Source: Isosphaeraceae bacterium
GTDB taxonomy: Bacteria; Planctomycetota; Planctomycetia; Isosphaerales; Isosphaeraceae
Assembly (NCBI GenBank): GCA_965201075.1
Contig: CBDAVP010000004.1
Span: forward strand, 124,001 to 188,000
Length of the DNA: 64,000 bases
Direction of reading: 5' to 3'
Every line of letters begins with the position of its first letter. The stretch's first letter is position 1. The position numbers were made by a program, and so were the translations under genes. Shown piece by piece: positions 52,131-61,273 of the stretch. The notes under the pieces were generated by a model. It was given only the letters and a program-made list of their open reading frames with translations. It had not been told where the DNA came from and searched no databases.

Positions 52131-54766
52131 TCAGGAGTAAGGGTCGACAGATTTCCGTATGGCATCGATGTACACTGGAGTGTATAACACCGGCGTGGCA
52201 AATGTCGAGTCGGATAATGTGACCGGCTCCGCGGTGCCCCTCGCGACATCGTGTCCAATCTCGTGTACAACCGTGACCTGTTCAACCCTGGCTGCAGTCA
52301 TCGTTCCGCCCAAGATTGCCGCTGCCTCGTTGATCGTTTCTTCATAGATGATGGAACCCCCCATTGTTCTCGAAGTTAAGCCCAGCAAAGTATCCTCCGA
52401 ATCCGGGTCGCAATCTTGGTTTTGACCACCTTGATGCGCCCCAAGGAGATAAGCAACCCAATAGCGCTGGGAGTTGAGCGAACGCGATTGCCAATTCGGC
52501 GAGACCACACTTACCATCGAACCGTCTTCGACATTCAGGACAAAGGGGACGTTGATGTCGGTCGTCTTGTTGTCGTAGACTGGGGCGACATAGGCTTGGC
52601 CTAACGCCGTAGCCAACGCGCTCGTGTTCGGCAAATGCATTTTCGATCCATTCAAGTACGGGTCGTCATCGATTAAGCTAAACCGACTGCCTTTCAAAGG
52701 TGGCGCAATACCAGACGGAACTTTCACGATAACAGTAAAGTTCGTCCCTATATCGCTCGAAATAACGCTGTAGGTACTGCCCGTGCCGTCGGTGAGAAAG
52801 CCGTTCTCAAAGCGATTGAGCGAATCGTGCGTGGTTTGATCCGTGGTAACAATTGACTGCGCGGTCCCGTTCATTGTCACGCCCGTAATCGTCCCCTGAA
52901 CCGCCTTCCCCGTGACCGGTCCCATGCTGTCCAGTTCGACGTGCAACCGTCGCCAGACCGTCAACATGCCGGACATCAGCGAAGGGGCAGGGCCCGCGGC
53001 CGGTAGGCGGACCGGCGTGGGCCCGGTGTTGTCGTTGATCCCCGCCGAGGCGCCATCGTTCTGGATCGCGGTGAAATTTCCCGAGCTGATCGGCTTCAAC
53101 GTGGCCACGATCCGGTAATTATCGCCGGGATGCATCGACACCTGGAAGTCGGGCACCGTGGCCAGCCCCCCCCGCGGTGGTCCGCACCGGGTAGACCGTC
53201 GGCGGCGAGTAGGACCCGTAATTGTCGAAGCTGACACTCTCATTATCGACCGGTTGGACGTTGGAGGACGGGTCGTCGACATCGATGATCTCCAGGTAGA
53301 CCAGGATGTTCGGCAACGCCGGGGTGATGGTCGCCTGGTAATTGACGTGCGAGCGATCGGTGTTGTCGACCGTGCCGTTGGCGCTCAACACCCCGTCGGG
53401 GAAGATCGCCTGGCCCCCACCCGGCCCGGTGTTGGTCGTCAGCGGGCTGCTCGTGGCGATCCAGTCGATCCGCTGAACTTGGGGCGCCACCACCGTGATC
53501 GTCACCGTCGCGATCCGGCTGTCGACGACGCCGTCGTTGGCCTTGAAGGTGAAGGTGTCGGTTCCCACGTAGTCGGTGGTCGGCTGGTAGGTGAAGGAGC
53601 CATTTTGGCGAAGCCCGGCGGCGCCGTTGGCGTCGGCGATGAGTGACCCGTGAGATGGCCCGGCCACCAGGGACAAGGTGGTCGGGTCGCTGTCGAGGTC
53701 GGAGACGCCGCTGCGGACGCCGGGCATCGCGACGATGAGGGTCTGATTCTCGTAGACCGAGTACGACTGGTCGGTGGCCCCTGGCGCGTTGTTCGAAACG
53801 TAGATGGTGGCGGTGGCCGGGGCGCTGGTCTGGATGCCGTCGCTGGCGGTGTACTGGAACGAGTCGTTGCCCACGTAGTGCGCGTTGGGCGTGTAGCTCC
53901 ACGACCCGTCGGCGTTGTAGGTCAAGGTCCCATGCGTCGGCTGGGTCGTGATCGCCACGGTGAAGGGGTCGCCGTCGGCGTCGCTGACGGTGGACCGCAG
54001 CCCCGGCGCCGGGGCGTTGTAGGTGTGGTCGTGCAGGTCGTACACGTAGGGGGCGTTGGAGATCGTCGGCGTGTTGTCGGAGACATAAATAATGTCCGTC
54101 ACCGGCGTCGAGGCCCCGTTGGCGTTCGACGCGGTAGACGTGAAACTGTCGTTGCCGACGTATTTCAGGTTCGGGGTATAGGTGAACGACCCGTCGGCAT
54201 GGAGGTTGAGCGTCCCGTGGCTGGTGCTCGTCACCACTCCGGCGGTCATCGTCCCGCCGATGGGGTTGGAGTCATTGCCCAGGACGCCTGGCGCGGCGAT
54301 CGTCAGTGTGTGGTCGTGGGTGACCATGTAGTAGTCACTCAGGGCGCTCGGCGGCGGGTTGTATCCCGGCATGCCATCCGGTTGGGCCTCCGGAAGGTTG
54401 GACGCCTGGCTGACGACCTGAGTTCCCTTGAAAAGTCCGGCCGTGGCCGAAACCCAACGCGATTCGCGCTGCCCAGGACCGCCGCGTGATGCTGGGCACG
54501 GAGCTCCGCCCGATGTTCCAGAATCGTGGCGCGATGCTGGAGGACCGCGGCGTGATGCTCGGCCAGGACCGAGAGGTGATGCTGGACCCTGATTGCGTGG
54601 GCGTTCGGTCCGAAAGCGTCCGCCGAGGAGCCACCACGCTCGAAGGCGACGATCGAATCTGGCAAGATCTCATGGCGCGACGGTTGGAGAGGGGCCACGC
54701 CCAGGCTCAAGACCCGGCGGGATTCCAGACGCTCGACGCCGGCGCGGAAGGGAAGTGGAGGCTCAT
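52131..54766 (-). pseudogene. LEPR-XLL-type extracellular protein with three Ig/cadherin-like (tandem-95/Big_9-type) repeats and a C-terminal HEXXH domain; three apparent frameshifts
   Basis: [10 protein letters not shown] near 54705-54735; repeats with DGSFTYTP..G.DSF; VTVVHEIGHD. Frame breaks at about 54751, about 54454 and the C8 run 53166-53173. Part 52131-54372 is solid; the 5' extension is inferred. Confidence 0.7.
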
Positions 54767-55039
54767 GAAGTTCGTCCCAGGGAGAGGGAACGGTCCAACT
54801 CCTCGCGAGGAAATCGCCAAGGTGGAGCGTCGTCCGGGTTGGCTATCATTGGCGAGGAGAAAGGCGGTCCGACGTCGATAAACAGGAAACCCGGTCCGGC
54901 AGTGCCGTCAAGCGACCTCCGAGAACCACCAGAAATGAGTTGGTTCGGTCCGCGTCCGAAATTGACGAGTCCCGAGGCCCCCCCCTACAATCCCCCAGCT
55001 TTCGGTGACTCACGACGAACGGTGGGAAAGGGGCGGGCG

Positions 55040-56017
55040 ATGGCGACCGACGCGAGGCTGAGGCTCAAGGAGGTTCTGCCGGACCTGACCGAGCGCCTGG
55101 TTCAGACCTACCGAGAGTGCGGCGGCATCAACCACCTGGGCCACTCCCCCCTGCCCAGCTACAAGGAGGTCGTCGAGATTTTGGGGGATCTGCGGGAAGT
55201 GCTCTACCCCGGCTTCGGCCGTCGGCAGAACCTTCACATGGGCAACGTCCTGTACCATACCGGCGACCTGGTCGAGAGCCTGCACGACCGCCTCTCGGCG
55301 CAGATCGCCCGGGCCCTGCGTCACGACTGCCAATCCGTGCCGGAGGAGGACGACGACCGCGACTTCGCCGCCGAGGGCCAGGAGCACGCCATCGCCCTGC
55401 TGGAATCCCTGCCAGCGCTTCGGGAGGTGCTGACCGAGGACGTCCAGGCCGCCTACGAAGGGGACCCCGCGGCCAAGGGGCTCGACGAGATCATCTTCTG
55501 CTACCCTGGCGTCTCGGCCGTCACGGTCTACCGGATCGCCCACGAACTGTATCGTCGACAGGTTCCGCTGATCCCCCGGATGATGACCGAGTACGCCCAC
55601 GGCAAGACCGGAATCGACCTGCACCCGGGGGCCACGATCGGCCCCCGCTTCTTCATCGACCACGGCACCGGGGTAGTCATCGGCGAGACGACCCACATCG
55701 GCGTCGGCGTCAAGGTTTACCAGGGCGTGACCCTCGGAGCCCTGAGCTTCCCCCGGGACGAGACGACCGGCGAACTCCTGCGCGACCTGAAGCGTCACCC
55801 GACGATCGAGGACCGCGTCGTCCTCTACGCCAACGCGACGGTGCTGGGAGGCCGGACGGTCATCGGCCACGACGCGGTCATCGGCTCCTCGGCCTGGATC
55901 ACCCGAAGCGTCGCCCCCAACACGACCGTCACGATCGAGGACCCCCGCCTCCGCTACCGAAACCCCGAGCAGCCGGCGATCAACCCCGAGCTCGGCGGGT
56001 TTGACTACCAGATCTGA
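55040..56017 (+). CDS. cysE: serine O-acetyltransferase (EpsC-type)
   Basis: [58 protein letters not shown]. Confidence 0.93.
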   Translation: MATDARLRLKEVLPDLTERLVQTYRECGGINHLGHSPLPSYKEVVEILGDLREVLYPGFGRRQNLHMGNVLYHTGDLVESLHDRLSAQIARALRHDCQSVPEEDDDRDFAAEGQEHAIALLESLPALREVLTEDVQAAYEGDPAAKGLDEIIFCYPGVSAVTVYRIAHELYRRQVPLIPRMMTEYAHGKTGIDLHPGATIGPRFFIDHGTGVVIGETTHIGVGVKVYQGVTLGALSFPRDETTGELLRDLKRHPTIEDRVVLYANATVLGGRTVIGHDAVIGSSAWITRSVAPNTTVTIEDPRLRYRNPEQPAINPELGGFDYQI

Positions 56018-56052
56018 CGGACCCGGTTCCACCGAGACTCTCGGAGGCGGCG

Positions 56053-56724
56053 ATGAAAGAGGTGGTCTTCCCGCACCTGGATCGGAGCACCTTCGGCAAG
56101 CTCCCGGCCGCCGACCCACCGTTGGAGTTCGTCGGAGGGGAAGTCTTGCGACCCGGCGCCGGCCGAGTCATCTTCAGCGGCCTGAGTTTGGAGGAATTCC
56201 TCAGGCTCCCCGAAGCCAAACCGGCTCTGGAATTTCTCGGTGGGGAGGCCATCCAGAAGATGTCGCCCAAGCTGACCCATAGCCTGCTTCAGAGCGACCT
56301 CGGCCACCATCTGGACCAGTTCAGCCGACCGCGACACCTGGGCCGCGCCTATCCCGAACTACGCTGCACCTTCGGCGGACGATCCCTCGTCCCCGACCTT
56401 GCCTTTTTCAACAAGGGCCGCCTTCCAGTCGACTCCCGAGGACTGAAACAGGACGACGTCTACCTTCCACCCGACCTGGTCGTCGAGATCCTTTCCAAGG
56501 GCGAGACCATCAAGGCTCTATCCGCCAAACTCGACTTTTGCACAAGCCACGAGGTCCGCCTCGCCTGGCTGATTCAGCCCACCCGCCGAAGAGTCTTCGT
56601 CTTCCGCCCGGAGCGGCCCGTGGAGATCCTGGAGGGCCCGGCAATCCTCTCGGACGAGGACGTTTTGCCCGGCTTCACGCTCCCGCTGGAGGAGCTTTTC
56701 GGCTGGCTCGATGCCGACGATTAA
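56053..56724 (+). CDS. Uma2 family endonuclease
   Basis: LSLEEFLRLPEAKPALEF, PELRCTFGGRSLVPDLA, PPDLVVEILS, VLPGF. Confidence 0.9.
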   Translation: MKEVVFPHLDRSTFGKLPAADPPLEFVGGEVLRPGAGRVIFSGLSLEEFLRLPEAKPALEFLGGEAIQKMSPKLTHSLLQSDLGHHLDQFSRPRHLGRAYPELRCTFGGRSLVPDLAFFNKGRLPVDSRGLKQDDVYLPPDLVVEILSKGETIKALSAKLDFCTSHEVRLAWLIQPTRRRVFVFRPERPVEILEGPAILSDEDVLPGFTLPLEELFGWLDADD

Positions 56725-56736
56725 AAGGGTCGGGCC

Positions 56737-57519
56737 TCAATCGCCCGGCCGGCTCGCGAAGACGATCCAGCCGCCGGCTCGCAGTCCTGGCCAGAATCGC
56801 GGGACGGGAATCGTTTGGGCCGTGACCGTGTCGATGGGAATCACCTCGTCGATCACCAGGCCGGCGGCGTGAATGTCCCGGCGCAGTTCGGGCCATCGGT
56901 AGAGGTGGACGACCATCCCGGGGATGCCTCGATAGGTCATCTGGCGGTCACCTGCAACGTCGAGCCCCCTCAGGATCGGCCCGACCCGACTCAACAGCCA
57001 GCGGCGGCCGGCGGGGTCTCCCAGGTTCAACCAGAGGTTGTGCGCGTGCAGCGCCAGCCGGCCCCCCGGTTGAAGGACGCGCGCTGCCTCGGCCATCGCC
57101 TCGCGCCTTGCCGAGGGTCCTCGGATCATGCCGAAGGTGCTGAACATCGCCAGGGCGTAGGCGAAACTCGCGTCGGGCAGGCAGGTCAGGCGGCAGAGGT
57201 TCGCCTCGACCCGGCCAACGCTCAGTCCCTCGCCGCGGGCCTTCACTCCGACGGTTTCGAGCATCGGCCGCGAGAGATCGATCGCGACAACCGGGAATTG
57301 CTTCCTGGCGAAGTGGAGCGACAGCCGCCCCGCGCCGCAGCCGAGGTCGACCAGCGGCCCTGGCTCGGTGAAACGCTCGTCCAGGGCGGCGGCGTCGGCG
57401 GCGAACAGGGGGTGGTTGGCGAAGTAAGCGTCCTCGGTGGTGGCCAATCGAGCGGCGTGGGCGTATTCCCAGAGCGGCCCGTCGACCCCCTCGGGCAGCT
57501 TCCAGGACGGCGGCGCCAT
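56737..57519 (-). CDS. class I SAM-dependent methyltransferase
   Basis: LVDLGCGAGR, IDLSRPML, LQPGG. Confidence 0.88.
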   Translation of the reverse strand: MAPPSWKLPEGVDGPLWEYAHAARLATTEDAYFANHPLFAADAAALDERFTEPGPLVDLGCGAGRLSLHFARKQFPVVAIDLSRPMLETVGVKARGEGLSVGRVEANLCRLTCLPDASFAYALAMFSTFGMIRGPSARREAMAEAARVLQPGGRLALHAHNLWLNLGDPAGRRWLLSRVGPILRGLDVAGDRQMTYRGIPGMVVHLYRWPELRRDIHAAGLVIDEVIPIDTVTAQTIPVPRFWPGLRAGGWIVFASRPGD

Positions 57520-57523
57520 CGGT

Positions 57524-58993
57524 TCAACCCTGGGCCGGAGTCGCGAAGACCCGACCCGACCGCGGCGCGAGCTCGATGCTCCGAAGCTGGCCCGACTCGA
57601 CCCGGGCCGACTCTCGGGTCCATTCCTCGTTCAGCACCGTCCCCTCGGCGATCGGTCCGGCGGGCAGGTCGACCCGGCGGGTCTCTCTCGTGGTGTTCAA
57701 CGCCACCACGACGGTTTCGTCCCCCAGCTTCCGCAGGTGAGCGTGAACTCCGTCCCGGGCCAGCAGGGTTTCGTAACTCCCCCGGCGCAGGGCGGGCCGA
57801 CGCTTGCGCAGGGCGATCGTCCGCTGGAATTCGTGCAAGACAGAGGTGTCCCAACCCTCCGACGCTTCCCAGGGGTACGCCTGGCGGTTGAACGGGTCGT
57901 GCCCTCCCGCCAGGCCGATTTCGTCTCCATAATAGATGGAGGGGGCGCCGGGGTAGGTCATCTGGAACAGCGTCGCCAGCTTCAGGGCCGAGGTGTCGTT
58001 TCGGGCCAGACCCAGGAAGCGGGCCATGTCGTGACTGCTTAATAAGTTCATCTGCACCCCGGTGACGTTGGGGTGGTACATCGCCAGCAGGGCCTCGATC
58101 GTCCGAGCGAACGCCTCGGCGCCGGGCTCTCCGGCCGGGTGCAGCGCGGTGCGCGAAAGTTCTTGAATATCCACCGAATCGCCGATGAAGAACGCGATGC
58201 AGGCGCGGGTGAACAGGTAGTTCATCACCGCGTCCCACATGTCCCCCTTCAGCCAGTGGCGAGAGTCGATCCAGACCTCGCCGACGATGTAGGCCTCGGG
58301 ATTGCCGGCGTGGACTCGGCGGCGAAACTCTCTCCAGAAGTCGTCGTCGTCAATCTCGTTGGCTACGTCCAGCCGCCAGCCGTCGATGCCAAAGTCGATC
58401 CACTTCCGCGCCACGCCCCACAGATATTCGCGGACGGCCGGCGTGCGGATGTTGAACTTGGGCAAGGCTGGCAAGTTCCACCACGCCCCGTAGCCGATCC
58501 CCTTGTCGGGGTCGTAGGCATGGAGGGGGAAGCTGTTGATGTGAAACCAGTCGGCATAGGGAGAATCGGCGCCGTTTTCCAGGATGTCGTGGAACGGGAA
58601 AAACCCGCGACTGGCGTGGTTGAAGACGCCGTCGAGGACGACCTTCATTCCCCGGGAGTGCGCCGCGTCGAGCAGACGACGCAGAGCGACATCGCCGCCG
58701 AGCATCGGGTCGACCTTCTCGTAGTCGTGGGTGTGGTAGCGGTGGTTCGAGGCCGACTGGAAGACCGGGGTAAAGTAGATGGCGTTGACGCCCAGGTCGG
58801 CCAGGTAGTCGAGCTTCTCGGCGACGCCGACGAGGTCGCCCCCCTGGTAGCCGTGGGGCGTGGGGGGCGATCCCCAGGCGTCGAGTCGGCCCGGCTTGGG
58901 AATCGAAAGACTTTTGGCGAAGCGGTCGGGGAAGATCTGATAGAAGACGGCGTCGCGCACCCACTCGGGCGTCTGGGGTTCGTCGGCGGCCAT
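57524..58993 (-). CDS. glycoside hydrolase family 13 (cyclomaltodextrinase/neopullulanase-like)
   Basis: FYQIFPDRFA, DGVFNH, DGWRLDVANE, VGEVW, LSSHD, IYYGDE; start ATG 58993 or GTG 59002. Confidence 0.95.
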   Translation of the reverse strand: MAADEPQTPEWVRDAVFYQIFPDRFAKSLSIPKPGRLDAWGSPPTPHGYQGGDLVGVAEKLDYLADLGVNAIYFTPVFQSASNHRYHTHDYEKVDPMLGGDVALRRLLDAAHSRGMKVVLDGVFNHASRGFFPFHDILENGADSPYADWFHINSFPLHAYDPDKGIGYGAWWNLPALPKFNIRTPAVREYLWGVARKWIDFGIDGWRLDVANEIDDDDFWREFRRRVHAGNPEAYIVGEVWIDSRHWLKGDMWDAVMNYLFTRACIAFFIGDSVDIQELSRTALHPAGEPGAEAFARTIEALLAMYHPNVTGVQMNLLSSHDMARFLGLARNDTSALKLATLFQMTYPGAPSIYYGDEIGLAGGHDPFNRQAYPWEASEGWDTSVLHEFQRTIALRKRRPALRRGSYETLLARDGVHAHLRKLGDETVVVALNTTRETRRVDLPAGPIAEGTVLNEEWTRESARVESGQLRSIELAPRSGRVFATPAQG

Positions 58994-59105
58994 CGGCCTC
59001 ACTCGCTCGGCGGGGAGTTTGGGGGCGTCGAAGTCCGGGTTGGACTTCGGACTGTCCCCGAGGATACCGAGGCGTCGTCGGGAATCGAAGTCGAACTGGC
59101 CGAGG

Positions 59106-60062
59106 TCAGGCCAAGACGCTCGGCTTGGCTGTCGGCAACGGCAGTCCCCGGACGATCACCGCTCCCAGGGTCGCCAGTTCTTCGAGGTTCCGCGGCGGGG
59201 CGCCGAACATCTCGGCCACGGCCACCTTGCGAGAGGCATCGGGCAGGCAACGGACCTGGAAGTCGCCGGGGTCGAAGACGCCGAAGACCACGCCCACCCG
59301 GCTGGCCAGCGCCTGGCCTTCGCGCTCGACCCACTGGAGGGCCAGGTGAGAGCCCCAGGCGGCGTTGAGGTAGACGACCAGCTCGACCATCGCCGTCAGG
59401 TTCGCCGGGTCTCGCGACGCCCCCGACCCGTGCACGGCGTCGAAAACCCTGGCACCGACGGCCACCGCCGGCTCGGCGATGTGGTTGAGGATCGACCCCA
59501 GCGGTTCGTCGGGATGGGGCCGGTCGGCCTGATAATGCTCGACGGTCGCCCGGACCGCCCCGCAGCCGCGATGCCCCAGCACGACCACCCCTTTGAGGCT
59601 CCGGGGTCGGACCTCGGGCTGGTCCGGCACGAACGTACGGATGGCGTACTGGAGGCTGCCGATCCCCTCGGCGCCCAGGACGTTGCCGGCCACCCGGATG
59701 TTGAAGATGTCGTTGAACTCCTGGCCGAAAAGGATCTCCGTCGGCACCCGGGCGTCGGAACAGCCAATCACCAGCACGAACGGATACTGCGTCGGCAGGC
59801 CGTCGACGCCTCGGGGTTCGCCCTCGGCCTCAAGGTCGCTGAGGTGGACCACCGGCGGCGGCATGCTCGAGTCATAACCGCCGAGGCGGCACGCCTCGTA
59901 AAACCGGCCGATCATGGCGTTGCCGGCCCACAGAAACGTCTCGGCCTCTTGCCAGTCGACCGGGGCGAACAGCGGCTTGGGACGCCCCGGCTCGTAGCGG
60001 TAGGTGAAGTCGATCGTGGGGATCGCCGTCGAGACGGGGGGGGATTCGTCGCGGTGGGGCAT
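59106..60062 (-). CDS. beta-class carbonic anhydrase
   Basis: IGCSDARVP, FNIRVAGN, LGHRGCGAV (Cys/Asp/Arg/His/Cys set). Confidence 0.9.
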   Translation of the reverse strand: MPHRDESPPVSTAIPTIDFTYRYEPGRPKPLFAPVDWQEAETFLWAGNAMIGRFYEACRLGGYDSSMPPPVVHLSDLEAEGEPRGVDGLPTQYPFVLVIGCSDARVPTEILFGQEFNDIFNIRVAGNVLGAEGIGSLQYAIRTFVPDQPEVRPRSLKGVVVLGHRGCGAVRATVEHYQADRPHPDEPLGSILNHIAEPAVAVGARVFDAVHGSGASRDPANLTAMVELVVYLNAAWGSHLALQWVEREGQALASRVGVVFGVFDPGDFQVRCLPDASRKVAVAEMFGAPPRNLEELATLGAVIVRGLPLPTAKPSVLA

Positions 60063-60254
60063 CGGAAGGTCTCTCTCCCAACCAGGAAAAGGGGACGGGT
60101 CGGGCGGCGGATCTCCCGGCCGACCAAAACCGCGTATCCCTTTTAACCTATCGAAGTCCCGAGGCCCCAGGCGACTCATCCCCGGCGGCGTCCCTCTCCG
60201 TTACTATAAGCCATCCCGACCCCTTTGTGACCTCCCGACGTCGAAGAGACCCCC

Positions 60255-60779
60255 ATGAGCCAGTCCCCGTCCGCGACTCCCGAGTTGGATGCGACCCTCC
60301 GGACCGGCCTCATCATCAACCTGGCTTTGGTCACGAGCCTCGCGACATTCTTCGCCCTGTCCCTGCTTCTGCCCCGAGGCCCTGCCCCAGCCTCGAACTG
60401 GTCGGCCACCCAACCCCTCACCGTGGTCGGCCTGGCGATGGGCGGGATCGTCCTGCTGGGCCTGCCATTCCTTCAGGATCTGGTGATCGCCGGATCCATG
60501 GCCACCCTCGCCCGCCAGGCCGACCTGCCCGTCGCCGACCGTGACGCCCGGCTGGTCGGCCTTTACCAGACGAGGACGATCGTGGGCTCCGCCCTGCTGG
60601 AAGGTCCAGCCTTGTTCAACCTGATCAACTTCTGGATCGAGGGGTCACGGGTCTCGCTGGTCGCGGCGGGCTTGCTGATGCTCATGCTCATGGCGAGGGT
60701 GCCACGGAGGAACTCGGCCGAGACCTGGATGGCCCGACGCGGCCAGCGACTGGAGGAATTGCGACAACTGGGCGCTTGA
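60255..60779 (+). CDS. hypothetical membrane protein (~4 TM)
   Basis: Four hydrophobic segments; YQTRTIVGSALLEGPALF. Confidence 0.7.
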   Translation: MSQSPSATPELDATLRTGLIINLALVTSLATFFALSLLLPRGPAPASNWSATQPLTVVGLAMGGIVLLGLPFLQDLVIAGSMATLARQADLPVADRDARLVGLYQTRTIVGSALLEGPALFNLINFWIEGSRVSLVAAGLLMLMLMARVPRRNSAETWMARRGQRLEELRQLGA

Positions 60780-61098
60780 GCGGCCGCCGGTCCGAGTTCG
60801 GCTCGATCAGGCCGCGGTCGACCAGCGCCCGGACGTGCTTGCAGCCCCGGGGGTCAAGCCCGTCGCGGCGGAACACGAAGTCGGGGCAATCGCACTCGGC
60901 GCCAAAGGGGGTCTGGGCCACGTCGTAGCGAGTTCCGTCATCCTTGCGTAACCCAAACGCCCGAGAGGCGATGGGCGCGTCGCAAGCGAGCGGGTCGAGT
61001 GCGTATTGGGTCCGGCCGATCGTCAAGGTCAGGCTCACCGGCCCGACGCGGGGCGAGGGCAAGGGCGTGAGCATGGGTCGGGCGTCACGAGTGGTCAT
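60688..61098 (-). CDS. SWIM zinc-finger protein
   Basis: YDV..ECDCPDF...GCKHVRAL (CxC-xn-CxH); 3' end overlaps the convergent gene and is uncertain. Confidence 0.7.
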   Translation of the reverse strand: MTTRDARPMLTPLPSPRVGPVSLTLTIGRTQYALDPLACDAPIASRAFGLRKDDGTRYDVAQTPFGAECDCPDFVFRRDGLDPRGCKHVRALVDRGLIEPNSDRRPLKRPVVAIPPVAGRVGPSRSRPSSSVAPSP

Positions 61099-61273
61099 GG
61101 CGAGGGCTCCAAAGTCGGGCCGACGGGCGATATTCTATCCAATTGTATAGGAATGGACGGACGGATTCGAGGGGCCCGGGGGTTGTCGAGGCGAGGGGCG
61201 ACCCCTATTCTCAAACCCCTTCCCCTGGCGCCAGATTCCGGGTGGGCGGGTGGGGACATGGGCGTCTTTGGGC

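Noticed and set aside
54486..54881. 131-aa + strand ORF with 'VML' repeats
   Set aside because: Better explained as the antisense of the His-rich leader of the frameshifted minus-strand Ig-repeat gene.
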